NCBI GenBank assembly: GCA_002633005.1
Contig: NMRA01000506.1
Coordinates: 20,069-84,068, forward strand
Reading direction: 5' to 3'
Source of the DNA: Phoronis australis
Taxonomy: Eukaryota > Animalia > Phoronida
Length of the DNA stretch: 64,000 bases
Below the pieces are notes generated by a model, which did no database searches, had not been told where the DNA came from, and saw nothing but the letters and a program-made list of their open reading frames with translations. Shown here piece by piece: positions 50,517 to 64,000 of this stretch; the stretch's first letter is position 1, and each line of letters opens with the position of its first letter. Position numbers and translations under genes: made by a program.

Positions 50517-53500
50517 CTCCAGAAACTGAACACGAAACTCCAGCTCCTTCAGCAATCTCTTTTGAGCGTTTCTCGTCAACACTGCCACTGGAGCTACTAG
50601 AGCTGCTGCGATCTAACTGCACTTTCGCAGTTCGAATGTTGGCACTACCTTTAGATTCAGGTTCAGCCGTAATCACGGCATCAAACGTTGAACAATCTGT
50701 TTCGTTGCTTGTTACAGAGGCAATCATCTGATCCCTCGTCTCTGTTTCAGTTCGAATAATGACATGGGAGTGGCTGCTGTACTTCGGTTTCTCGTCAGAT
50801 TGCCCCATGAAGGAATCCTTAGCATTAGCCTCCCTCATCCACTCTGACGTCAGACTTCCACTCATGAAGCTGTCCTGTGGAACACCGTTAGATGAACCAG
50901 TTTCTTTGACGAGCGTTGTAAATTTCTCAGTTCTGACAGAAACGCGTTGCTGACTTGCATGGTCACCTTTCACATCGCCCATTTTTTCACTGGTGGAATC
51001 TGCAACATTTTCGATCTTGGTTACTACAGTTCGTGACTGTCATCTTACCTACTTGTTTACAATGTTCAAATAATAGTAATGTATTTGGAGAACTCTCATG
51101 GTTGTTAAATGATCTCGTTGCAGCAATCGGCAAACTGAGCCGTCTCCTTGATAAAATGGCACGGGGAAAAGAAAACGAGACTAGCTTGTTTATAATATGT
51201 TGTTATTTCCGCATGTACTGCTGACTTCTTTCATCATTCGACTTTTTCTGTGGGCCTTACTTCCCGGTACTATATCTTAGTTCAATTTGCTTCTCAAATA
51301 TAACAAGTAACGTTTTGATTTCCAAGATTTAGGCACACATGTGTTCCAAGGGACTTCTACCTACACACGCGTGTCTGTAAATAGTTATTTACATATACAG
51401 GGTGTAGGTTACTTAAAATCTGCAACTGAATGAAAGCTGTCAAAATTTAAGATCTTACCAGCCCTTTGGTTTTTGAGACGTTCTTTGACTCTTGAATGAC
51501 CTTGATGTTCATCAAGGCGACGGAAATAAAGATTGTATTGTGGTAAGATAAATATGTATGGGTAAGTATGAATCTAATTTTGATTTTAGTTTCTCATATA
51601 GCTTAAAAGCAGTTTTCATGGTCAACACACGCGCACTGCGTCATCGTAGATGTTCAGAGGGGCATAGAGAGAGAACAAATTTTAAAGTACCTATGGAAAC
51701 GGCATTACTTGGTCCATATTCTTCTTTGTCACCAACATTTGCCTGTATGCTTCTGACCTCGCTACTATCGTGTGTTGAAAGGAAGAATTCTTGACTCGCC
51801 TCGCCTTTTTTGTTGACCTGAATGGAAACGATCAAAGACCCAGGAATTTTATACAAATGTAAACTGTATTAATGAAGTTTTTTTCTCTCCAAAGGTATTT
51901 CAGTCATACATTCAGGCTGCTTACTTCACTGCAATTATCAGTGTCATGATAATTTATCGTTATTTTTAGTAGATGGCCAAGACCCCAAATAGCAATTATC
52001 ATACCATAGTTTTACCAAATTAAAATAGTTGTATTTAAGTTTTGTTTTTGCTATGAAGTGCTTTGTCGTCAATTTATCCGCAAGTTATGTTTTAAGCACA
52101 ACAAAACTTAATTACATGAGCTTACCATGTTTGGTGTTGACGACCCTACTGACATTCCTGTCGTGTTTTCAAGGGAGGACATGTCAACGGCGTGAATCCC
52201 GGAGACGCTGGCCGTGGACGACGAATTTGAAACCAACATAAGTTCATCTTTAGGAAACAATGTTTCCATTTTTGAGTTAAAGTGATTCGACATGTCTGGT
52301 ATAAAGTCATCTAAGCTGAAATCTTCACTTGCAGTTGTAGTTTCGCCATGATCTACATTGGAAGTTACATTCTGACTTGTACAGTTGAATTCAGCAGATG
52401 ACAACTCATTGAACCCGAGGTTGTTTTTTGCCTCCGTCGATAGCGTGGTTGCCTTAGTAGTTTTAAACGTCGAAGTTGTAGTGTATGCTTCTGGGCGAGA
52501 GTTTGGCCCATCGTCATGAACCGATAGATCAACAGACGATGCGCTTTCTATTTCTAAGAGTTGAATTGAAGAAAAGTCTTTTGAATCAGGGTTATCGCCC
52601 TGACCGTCTGAAACAGATAGAAGATGCATTTTGGAATCGGTATTTAAGCGACCTCCCGTCTACCCACGTATTTTCACAAAAGTATAGTTTTTACATGCTA
52701 TACATCTTTAATTCCGAAAATGTCCACAAATAGTTTGAATTCTACAATTTTGTTGATAGGGAAAAGAAATAATTTAGCACCGTTTATAAAAAGATTTATT
52801 CATTTAGCGATGGTGTCCCTACAAGCCCGTTCGCTGTTTGGATTTGTTATACAGCACAGCTTGTCATTTCGTTCATCTACTTCAGACCGTCTACGTATGC
52901 GCCAGTGCGTGCAGCTGCACCTGTGCCTGAATTTAATCACATGCGCCTACACGAGAAATACTTGAGAATACCCACGGATCGTGTTATTGACTATGTAGGT
53001 GAAGGAGGCATCAATTAAGATTGTCAAATTAATTGAATCGTAATTAGAATTGACAAATAGTCGGCGCACGGGCATTATCACGCCGATGTCTTAGATATTT
53101 CTACACTGATTTGTAGCATGATACGGTATAGTTTGCAAAATTTGTTCTATCGAAATGTCTGGTTAATAGCTAACATGACCGAAGAAAGCTTTTTGTAAAA
53201 CCACCCGAGTCCTGCGTTGGGAAACAAGAGTAACTGTAATATTTTGTGATGACGTAAGTACCAAAATGACCCTTGAAACGCTGCTTACCTTGTATGTAGC
53301 ATATATGTAACCAAGGAATGAAATACCCTTTTAAGGTTTAAAAAACGATTTACCTGAATCCGTTATCACGATTCCTGGCACGTCCACGGCCCGTTCATTC
53401 TGAGATATGATGCCCCTCTTCACTCCTTCCTGAATCAACGGAATCATCACCATGACAGCCGCTTGCCAGGCTCCCAATGAATTGGCAGAAAATTCTTGTT

Positions 53501-56007
53501 GTTGTCCGAGTTGAGCAGAAATCACTTGTAGCAACGAATTAACGAGTGCCTTTTGATGAAAGAATGAATAGTTACATTTTACTTTATACAATTCATGAGA
53601 CCAAATAAAAATCGTGTAAAGGTGGCGGATTCATGTTTACAAAAGGGGCACTCAAATATTATTCTGCCTGTGACGTCATTCATGGCCGCTGGTTAAGGAG
53701 TCCAGTCACGGACTCGGAGAGAACGGTGTCTCCCTGAACCTCCTGTGACGCTGTTTTGATGCACAGAAACCAATTTTTCATTTGAACTCTCGTAAATCCT
53801 GAAGTAACTACGTACCATGTGTAATAAGCTGGTAGCAATTTCTCCAGTTTGAAGTCACATAAATTTTCGTGACTGAAGTTCCCACATGGGTGACAACATT
53901 TCATCTCCGAGGGGAAATTTGAGGCTACGAAAACACCCGAGATGTTCCAAATTCTGTTTAAGTCTGTTATCACACGGTTATCCTGGCACATTCGAAAGCA
54001 CTCCATTTTGAGAGTCTCATGACTTGTTAGTGATCGAAGCTTGAACACGCGCAGACACTTAGAAACTAGGCCCGTTTCACGACACCTTGCACTATCGTCA
54101 ATAGATTTGTACAAGTCCCGATGTCAAGAGGCTTGTTTTTAATCAGGATATCCGACTCTAACGTCTTATTTTGTGGAATTGACGAATTACCACATTAGCG
54201 ATGGCCTCACGACAATAAAACACTGGGTAAAGTAAATTGATGTATCGTGAACTAAAAATGGTGATTTTTCGAACTGTTTAGCTTCTGAAATTGAACTCTA
54301 AGTAAAATTTAAGTTAAGAGCACTTTTACCCGAAGAAGTACGATAAAAATTAGCCATTAATACGTTAGGTGCGCTGATGAATGCTTTAGTAACTCTTTGA
54401 ACCGTGAGTAGTGCTACTGGGCAACGCATAGCGAGAACGCTTTACAATGGACTAGACTGATATCGATTTAGAAACCGTTGTCGTATGGAGCTGAACCTAA
54501 ACGGCAGGTTTTCGTAATGTATGAAACACCTCCAAAGGTGACCTCTTTCTGGAGTTTGTTTCAAGAAAAATGACACAAGACTCAAGACTACAATTTAGTG
54601 TTACACTCCACACAACTATTTCTGACAAACAATTAAATCTCTAAGCAAAATTAAGAACAAAGTGTCTGAGAATATACACATAACAGTTAACCTATGATAT
54701 AGTTTTTATTCATTATTTCTAGATTGTTATCCATTCGTAATTACTTAGCTGAACATTTTCCCAGCAGTTGCGAAGTAGGAGCGTAAAAACGAATTTCTGT
54801 ATTAAAAATCTTACTCACTTTCATGAAAGTAAGGCTCCTGAGGCCGGTAAGGTTGCATAAAACGGCCCAGACGCGAACTCAAGGAAGTTCCCTAAATCTT
54901 TTGCGTGTTTGGTTCGTTCTTTACTCACAGCTGTATTATTTTTTCTATCATTTTATCTTTATTATGGGCTCACATTTGACTAATCACGTTCTAATAATAT
55001 AACTAAAAACTGAGCCTTTAATTCAATCAAAATAATTAGAGACTTAGTCCTTAAATTAGGGGCATCGTATGAAAAGATACGAATTTATTTCCAATGACAT
55101 TGAGATTTCAACGTAGAGTTCAATCACAATTTGTATTTTAATACAAACAAAAAAATTGCTTAGTAATGATACTCAAACAACATAAGAAAGGACAATCAGT
55201 GTTTTTACATGCCCAAAAATACGCAATAGATATAGAGAACTTAGTTGAGACCCTATTTGGGACTGTTTCATGCAACCGGCCACTGGCCTCCAGCGTGCGA
55301 TCGATTTCGTGAAAGCCAAAAACACAACCGCGTTCCTGAGTATATTAAATTCCTTGTTTGGAAAGTCACTTGAGTTTACTACCCTGATAAGGGTCGTTAA
55401 TTTCCATGCCCAGAATTGGGGGACGGCACTTGACTTTCCTAATTGCCAACTGCTGGTTGTTATGACCCTTGATAATTGGCCCATTATGTTGTGCGGCCAA
55501 CAGAATTAACGAAACATAATACTGGTTGCGGATTAATTTTAGTTTTGGGAAACAAAAATCCTCTTTTTTCTCCGATTTTAATTCAAAAACCTAACCATGA
55601 GGTGAACTTTAAACGAGGTATTCAAAAATGCTATTTCAAAACTTTCAAAATGAAAATTTGAAAAATACCAATATCGCCCCCTGTGCTTACAGCCATGTTT
55701 ACAATGGGCAGTTTCGCACCTGATAAGGCAAGTTAATGTCCAGGGAACGATTACATCAGCTGAAGCTGTATGGAAGATAGCGGCGGATTTTAAAGTTAGC
55801 AAACGGGTCGAAGTTGCCTAAACTGGGCCGGTGAGGGTCTCAGCGTAGGATTCTTTTCGTGCACTTTCAAAAAGGCCCCAGATAATACATAAAAAACGTT
55901 TATTTGTTATTTTATTATTGTTATTATTATTACTATTACTATTAATATTACTATTACTATTATTTTTATTATTATTATCATCATCATCATCATCATCGTT
56001 GTTGTCG

Positions 56008-56039
<32 letters not shown>

Positions 56040-57690
56040 GATCACACATGTGCTAGAATAGATCGGAGCCGTCAAGTAATTTACTCGAAGGATAATTTGA
56101 GACGTGCGCAGACAACGTTCACCGCGGAAGGAAAACTACCAAAATATCCCAGGTACTTCAAATGAATTTGAGGTTACAAAAATTTCCGTCTGTGAACATA
56201 TTTAGCCAAAAGTTATTGAACGACGAATGGTTTGCGTTTTATGTATGACATACATAGTACTTATAAAATAAGCAGAATCTAATATAGAATATATTTTTGC
56301 TTGTGCACCAACAAAATGGCTTTCAAACTGCCCACGATATCAAACTTGCTTGACTTCATCAACTTAAATAAGTCAATAAAAACGCAAATAGGTGTACACA
56401 GTGGCCTGTAATTACGTGTAATTCCTATTTCAAGTGAAGTATTGCGATTGATGAAACGCGTTCTATATTTTCTGGTAAATACAAAGCTCAGGCATCTGAC
56501 GACATGCACTAATGTACGGGCGGCGCGCACCATAGGTGCCGCTGCGCCAGCCATGTAATGATCCCGGACTGTTGTTGGGTGTGTGACGTAAGTAACCAAA
56601 CTCCACTTACTGATGCATCTTTAGCGAACATCCCTCTGTTTCCCATCTCGAAGCCCAGTCTGTTCATATTTAAGCGAATTGTTGCTAAGTTCGGGTAACC
56701 GTTGATGGAATTCGTAAGCAACGTCACCATGGAATTAGCGAGAGCAACAGCAACGCCATCTTTTTGAATCGTGTCAAAGGTAAAGCGTTCACGACGACTT
56801 CCTTTTTTGCCATCCTGGTTTTTATGAAAGTCTCTGGCCAAATGGGGGCACTTGTCGAGAAACCTGTCAACGATTGAATTGGAATAAGTGGAACTACGTT
56901 AATGACACTTTTATCAAATCTTTGTTTTTCTCTCCACTGTTCAATTTCATAAACATTTTCTAGGCCTGCTTCATGACTGTTTTGTTAGTCAAGAATTCAG
57001 TAATAAAAGTTTCGAATAGGAATTCCTTATCAAAATTTCCATCTAACTACTTTTTGTAGCCTGTGTTAATGAGCAACTCAAAGTCGTGTTGAAATTTGTT
57101 GGCTGAAATCACCAAGACGGTCATACTGTTTCGGCGGCAGAATCTAAACTACCGTGACAAACGAAATTCACGAGTCTTGTCTGACGCAGTAACGAACTGT
57201 CGGTTCTGCGCAAACTCCAAAACAATTTCTAATCTGAGTAACGAACAAGATGAAGTCGATTTTATAGCGGTAGATGGACAAAATCAAAAGTTGACTTCTT
57301 GATGGAAGGTACGCTACGCGAAATTTGCTAACTCAGATGTTATTATGATTCTTGATTGCTGAAAGCCGAGAAAGACGTGGTTCCTTTTTGTTGCTTCTCA
57401 ATTTATGCAGCTATTGGGAAGTATCAAATAAGATCGAAATCTTAAAGATAACATGCCGTTCGTTACCTGACGATAATCATGATCCCGATATGAACTCTCT
57501 GGTCAACTGTCGACAGCGTCTGTGCCCAAGTTTGTCGCAAGATTTCACATTGTTGGGCCGACAGGCGCACCTGGCTACCCTCCATGAAATCATCGTTGGT
57601 CCGACTTTGCCTTTTTATTCTCGTTCCGGATAACTGCGGTTCAAACCAACTTTCTACAGAATAAGTTTGCTTTTGACAACAAGTTCCCAT
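50517..57690 (-). CDS. Predicted N-acylated globin-fold protein lacking E7/F8 His, with long low-complexity C-terminal tail (3' end runs into gap)
   Basis: Exons 57690-57467 (MGTCC..LSAQQCEILRQTW..IGIMIIVR, phase 2 = B12.2), 56863-56611 (FLDKCPHLARDF..VALANSMVTLL..RLGFEMGNRG..DAS, phase 0 = G7.0), 53549-53354 (ALVNSLLQVISAQLG..F..GAW), 52607-52126, 51817-51691, probably 51500-51459, and ~51000-50517. Joins after exon 5 are tentative. Confidence 0.75.
55905..56040. repeat. Compound microsatellite (TAT)n(CAT)n(GTT)n
   Basis: Directly visible, inside globin-like intron 2. Confidence 0.9.
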
Positions 57691-59330
57691 GGTTCGAAAG
57701 TGGTCTTGATGCTCCGAAACTTGTTTAATGTTTTCTGTACGAGACCAAGTCCTCTATGCAATTTTTGAAACAGGGAAACAAAAGTTCATTATTCGAGACC
57801 TCATTCCATGGTTCCTCACGGCTCGATGGCTGGTGGGAGAATAAATTTAGATATAATTCTTTTGCAAAACAACCGTTTACTAGGTGGTTGAAGTTATCAA
57901 CCTGTAGCAATGAAATAGGTAAAATGCATTCCATGTCAGGGATACCAATTCGTGCCGTCCGCTTGTTAGTTTACTAGTAAGGTCGGTTTCGAAGGTTACC
58001 GTGCATTGCTCGAAAACATTTGAGTTTTTTGGTCGTAGTTTAATGTTCTAACATTACCGTGCAAGTCCACTCGCAGGTTTGTAAACTAGCAGAGAATGGG
58101 TGAGCGACATTGCTCGATTTGTTTTTTACCTCTGATATTTTTTATAGCCGAGCGTGTTTCTGTTGTACGCATTCTCAAACTACAGAAATGTATCGAAGCT
58201 GCATCCCGCATAGTTTTATTGTACTTAGTGGGCAAAATCAATAATAGTAGTACACTAACCTACAGCTATAGTGGGTTCAAACATGATGTGTGTCTTGTTC
58301 AATTCACGACTTTTAACATATTTTAATCAAGCAATAATTAGCGACAAATACGTTCAGCTGGTTGACTGTTGAGTGGCGTCCCCCCGCATGAGGCTGGTCC
58401 CCAGTCAAAGTCAAACTNACGAGCCTACAGGTGAGACATTCTATTAAAAACATAGAGCACTTTTTTGGAATATTTTGTAAATCTAGAGCTTTTTTATATT
58501 TATCCGTTGCAAAACTGGTTGACGTTAGTTTCGTTTATATGAGGCATTTTCACGATCCGCACGTAATACTGGGATCGTACTCAAATTTAAATCAGGGTGT
58601 AAACGTAAAATTGAATTGCGTTCGTCTGGGTAAAAACGATATTTACATTCAGTTCTCTATACAACCCCAAACTAAAACGCGACACAACACCTTTTTTAGT
58701 AAGGAGATGACTGGTCTAAAACTGATTTACAGTCTCCAATGAGTACCCCCCCGCAGGATTGCTCCAGTGGCATTACGCAGAAAGAGGCGGAGCATGGTTT
58801 CAATTTTTTCAAATGATGAATGGCCTTGGATAAGCTGACTGGCTATGTCAGAAAAACAAACGAAGAGAGGCCATTAGAGCTACGCAGTAGCTGGATGCTA
58901 CTGTAGCCTTGTCATCAGAAGGAAATTGAATGAAACATTCGAATGAGTATATCAGTTGATAACGGCATTTTAGGTAACCAGTCGAGATGACAAAATGTCA
59001 TGGCAACATTCTTTCCTGCGGACCACGAACCCGCCAATGGCAAAACCTCATTCCCGTTAGGTGTCAACTGAAGACAACAGCGGTTTCCGGCTTGACCACT
59101 TGCAGGCCAATTATTTACCGCGGTTCAACTTGAAAAATTGCTAAAACGGTAGATTTACCAAGAACTGAAACCTAACGCATTAGTGTAGTTTGGTTTGTAA
59201 TTTTATTACTTCTTCTAGTGAAATGGTCTAAATCAAAATTTTCACGAGAAATTCAATTTTAAAAGCGAAACAGTTCCAAAAATCATCGATTTGTCCACGA
59301 AATATCAATTTATTTTCGCCTGTCCTATAC

Positions 59331-59488
59331 CAGTGCCGGATTTAGGGGGGGGGNCAAGGAGGCCATAGCTTCCCTAAATTCTCCCAGATTTCATTTGACA
59401 GGATCTCAGGGTGCGAATGTCTGACGGGCAAAATCCTGGCTAATACTCTGCCTTGTCCCTCTTACTCAAAATCCTGCTTCCGCCCCTG
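59331..59488. mobile_element. Short MITE (hAT-like CAGTG/CAGGG termini)
   Basis: CAGTGCCGGATTTAGGG ... AAAATCCTGCTTCCGCCCCTG form imperfect inverted termini. Confidence 0.5.
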
Positions 59489-62265
59489 TATCATCAGTGA
59501 AGTCATCGTTAGAGCGCAGGTGGGAAGATTCGAGGTGGGCTGTCGTCAGCTCCTTCGACTTCTAGGCGAGCAAAATGCTCACTGGCGTTTGTAGCAAACA
59601 TTGTAAATGTAGTTAACACTGCTACAATGAGCTAACAAATGATATTTGTTGTTTTCAGGTGATGCAGTGCTGCCAATGGTAATTCGTTAAGTACTTAGCT
59701 CTTCTTGCCCACATGGTGTGAGTGAGGATATGCGCGGCACGCCAGAGAGGCAAAGTTCTCCCTGGCATAAACGTGAGCTCTGACCCTCAAACCTCAGTTC
59801 GAGCGTGAGGTATGGTCTGCCTGCGCCCTACCCAGTACTGATCCACACAAAGGGATCAGCGCTCCTGATTAAAACATGCTTCTTGATGGCAGCTGGTCCT
59901 ATCCAAATTTAGCTGTCGAAAGTGCCGTAAAAGGTCAAGTTTCTGCTGATACATTTGCCTGTGACTGGAAAAGGCTCTGGTTAAATTGCGTAGACGCCGG
60001 CGCGAGTTACTCTGCCACAACGGCTGGTAACGAATACTTGCTTCGCGTGTAATGCATAGGGATATCTTACGAAGATCTGCGTGATCTTACGCTGTCACCA
60101 GTAACATTACGGAACGGATGGGCTCATCTTAGGACAGCCCAGGCACTTGACCCATATTTAAGGGCAAACATCTTAGAGGAATGGCAATGAACTGTTTGTA
60201 CGGGCCTCTTCTGTCCATTTGGTGTTATTATTGCCGTTGGGCTGTTAGCGGTGAGCGCAACGTTACATAACGGAAAGCCTTTGACAAGGACTAACGTTCG
60301 CGAACTGAATCCGGCTCGCGCCATATTATTGAGAATTGCATCATTAGGTAAGTGCGACATCTTGCCGAGTTCTAACTTTTGTCGTTTCTGTATGCGAAAT
60401 TACACTCGGTCAAAATTAAGTTGCAAAGTTTGTAAAATCCCTAGTTAATCCATGTTTCAGGAAAAAAAAATGTCTCACAGTTACTTTGGCATGAAGTTAC
60501 TTTTTACTTGAATTTTGCCGGGTTGAACAAGTGTGTTAGTGCAAAAGCGAATAGACTACCCGTCATAGGCCTACTGTTTGTTTCCAATTTCAAGAACTTT
60601 TAGCTTTAGGAGTGTGACGTAATAACGTTATGTCCCTATTTATGCGTGTATTAAATTGAATTCTACCTTTCATTGCCCATATGATGAATTGCTTCACGTC
60701 AGTCGCCTGCCAACTCTATGATACGGTATTCCGACATTATCCACTTCCCTCAAGATAGTGTTTACCCTCCGGGGATACCCAATTTAGACAGTGGGACCCA
60801 GTTGTAGAGAGCTTCTATCGAAAAAGTCACCCTCACGTCATTCCCCGGGGTTTTATTACGCCTACCCCTTTCCACTGATAAACCTAACTCTTTTGCGGGG
60901 AATCTTGGACACTGAGCTGAATTTTAACTGTCAGCCAAAAATACTTGTGAGAGGAGACGATAGCATGCTGCCAAAAATGAGTACATCTTTTGCAACCAAA
61001 CTTTTAAAAATTTCTACTCTTCTGCAGATTCGTGTAATTGGAAAAGAGAACCTTTTGTAGACTCGAGTTTCAAACTCTCAAAAGTAGTAAGCACTTTCGT
61101 AAAGGAATTACCAAAACTAATCGGACTTTTTTCAGGAAACGCATCATTTTTAGGGAAACCGTGGTCGTGAAAAAGTCATTATTCTGAGTAAGATCGGTAG
61201 TTTCCCTTCCTCGAGAATTTCTACTCACTGACTAGCTGCTCTCCTCCGTGCCACTCTTGCGGCAGCACCGGGTGGGGCAGCAACTAGACATGCCCCAGTT
61301 GAAGCATATTTCCGTAGACTATGGCTATATACTGGGCGGCTAGTGCCTGATTTTTTCATTTTCTTGTGTTACAAGTTTTCACTTCACATTGAATAGCTTT
61401 TAGTTAAATTTGATAGTATGCTCTAGTCCCTGTATTTAACAATTAAAAATTAACGTATATCATGTACGTTGATTTTTTATTGTTAAATACTAATGGTTAG
61501 TTTATTACATAATTGCCTCGAGCGGGTTTTACGCTGGGTACTCATTTCCAAACACAGACGTTTTGTCCATCCCAAGAGTTAAACACATAGCTTCAAGATT
61601 TTTTGTGCTTCGATCACTGTGGCCATTAATGTGCCTGATCAGATCTTAGACGGCCTGTTACGTTCTTCGAGTCCTGTGCCAAGAAAGCTTTAATTTAACT
61701 TGAAAATTCCCTATGCACAAACGCCTGTCCTCGAGTCATTCAAGTTGCAGTTTTCATTGAGCACCCTGGGGAATTTTTTTGGCTTGGACCTGTCCTTAAT
61801 TTTCACAAATTTTCGCGAAGCTTAGGCTGCACCACTTTTGCTTGTATTGTAACATGGTAACCTATTTGTGGTCGCTGAGACCACATTGATTTATCCAACT
61901 GTCAATAGAGAGCATTACGAACAAATGCGAGACTTTGCGAGAAGTTCCATAGCTGCAGAGAAGGTGAATATTTGTTTATACCGGTATGTAACCTTCAGCA
62001 CGGTTATCTAGATAAAGTAATTTGCTAGATTACTTGAGTGCATCAAGTTCGATTATTTTTTATGTTAAATCGACAATATCTATTCTTAATATCCCCAGAA
62101 ATCGTCGGTGCAGCAGCGATTTTAATCAGGGCGTGGGCCAAGAACGACTGTTGACAGTTCACGACATTCGGTTCAAAGTTCACCAAGCGGATTTGAACTC
62201 GAGTCGAGTCTCGGGCTCGGAAGCGACGTTGAAAGAAAGAAAGGTTGAATCAGAATCTTGGCAAG

Positions 62266-62326
62266 ATGGGGAGAGCTGGAACGCATCAACACAGGGCAAG
62301 CCATGGCAGAAATAACAGCATGCCCC
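62266..62326 (+). CDS. Possible first coding exon of an unidentified gene
   Basis: Locally GC-richer region with ATG at 62266 or GCCATGG at 62303 and a strong GTAAGT donor at 62327; no recognisable product. Confidence 0.25.
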
Positions 62327-64000
62327 GTAAGTATCATTGATTCTAGACCTTTATGTTTGTGGATATTTGTCGCCCACACTTATTGTACGCCTACTGTTGG
62401 TATGAATGGTGTGTTATGTAACAATCAAAACATGAGTATTGAGTATTGTCAACTGTGGCTGCCTGCCAGCTGGGTTGATCATTTTGCTTGAAGGATGAAT
62501 TAATTACTTTATGAATCAGCAATTATGTCTTGTAAATGAATGTTAAAAAGCAAGTTTTGCTTAACTTATTGTTGAAAGATGTTTTGTTTGACATTGATTG
62601 CCTTTGAAACACCTTGGTTCTTTTTAACTGTCTGTACCTGTGTTACATTTGGTATCTTTTTATTTTTAAGACATTTAAATATAAAAGACAAAGCTTCTTC
62701 AAAGAGATGTGTCTAGAGATCTATTATACATGTGCTAATGTTGTTGCTTAGCAACTGCATTCCAATGAGCAGTGGAATTTTCAGCTTTGTTGATTGTTAT
62801 ACCAGGAGCACATGGATTTCAAAATTTTAATTTAATTTTTTGAATTTCACAAAATGCCGTTGGCTCCAAATGAAAATTATTTTTAAACTCTGTTAATTCG
62901 TTTTTCCTAATGATAACCAAAGGCATTCTGTAATAAATTGACTAAGTTTGTAATTTTAGTTCATCATAAGTTAAAAGACTTCATTTTGTTTGCTGTATTT
63001 TAACATGAGATTTTAGTGTATTAATATGACAAGCAGAGGACCATGTATCACATCTGTCAATATGTATGAATTGTGTATTCTTGAATGTTATCACCATGTT
63101 CATCATCCCCACATCATCATCATCGTCATCATCATCTCCACTGAGGTATTTTCAGTTAATTCCACCAAGTGTCGCTCCTCCGAGCATTTTCATTTGAAAA
63201 CTGTCAGTTATGTTTACATGTCTACAGAATTATTTGATTGCTTTTGTACACATGACAGAAGAACAACTGTGACGACCTCTTTAAAACCAATATTTACCCG
63301 ATGTTCAACATTTGTGCTCTCATCTAAAGTGTGAATTTATACAAATGTGGCTCAATGCCAATACCAGTTCTTCAGGAAGCCCTTTCTTAGGTTGTTCTAA
63401 CTCAGACATACAAAATCAAAATGAAATTAACTTTCAATACAGAAATTACCTATATGATATTGCCTGTCAATTGATAAGTGACCTCAGTCATTAAGTTATA
63501 GTTCAGGAACCATCTGTTATCACTTGCAGTACTTTCTCACTAGAGGCAAAACTTCACTTTTAGTGAAGTGGGAAAGGTTAACTCTGGTAGTTAATCTGTT
63601 TGTGAAACTTCGCTGAAAATAGCTGGATTTAAAGGTGAAGCTTTGGTACTCACTGAAACTTCAGCGGAGTTATCAGTACAGGTTAGGCAATAATATAGAA
63701 TCACGCTAGAATCAATGAGATATCCTGCCAAAGGTGCTGTTGTAGCGTCGGCGATATTCTCTCAATAGATACACATAAATAAATAAATAAAAGAAAGCAA
63801 ATCTGATGAAGAATGACACTGATTATTTTCATAAACACTCGTAAATGGCGGGAGAACAACTTTCAGTTAGCCTCAAACCCATCACTTTAAATTTGTATAA
63901 ATTGCACCATCTGGTGTTTGCTCTGATGACTAAATCGCCATCTAGCAATAACTTTGATATCGCTGTCTGGAGGGAAAGCTAATCGAAGTTTCGCTGAAGC

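Noticed and set aside
53680-54114. 144-aa Cys-containing ORF in globin-like intron 2
   Set aside because: No recognisable domain or clear splice sites, and including it would break the contiguous globin G helix.
55818-56075. Poly-Asn/Asp ORF
   Set aside because: Translation of a trinucleotide microsatellite.

Overview
AT-rich, intron-containing animal genomic DNA, probably from a marine invertebrate (inference), in a draft assembly with N gaps. Hand-assembled spliced genes: (1) a truncated caspase-3/7 pseudogene inside a local duplication (about 1-5.7 kb); (2) a compact 3-exon Fos/ATF3/BATF-family bZIP gene (+); (3) an effector caspase-3/7 gene (+) with SHG and QACRG intact, first coding exon not located; (4) a complete 6-exon PDCD2L gene (-), tail-to-tail with the caspase; (5) an unusual globin-fold gene (-) with an N-terminal MG-x-CC acylation motif, canonical B12.2/G7.0 introns, apparently no proximal (F8, Met) or distal (E7, Leu) histidine, and a long Ser/Thr/acidic tail. 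Mobile DNA includes a miniature LTR retrotransposon with tRNA-like Pol III boxes inside its LTRs (tRNA-Ser PBS, PPT), two decayed TTAA-flanked Kolobok-type elements with convergent THAP and P2X7-ballast-like relics, an Academ-like non-autonomous element, an inverted pair of degenerate hammerhead-like motifs, LINE/SINE fragments, MITEs and minisatellites. Exon boundaries and alignments were read by eye; no database searches were run.
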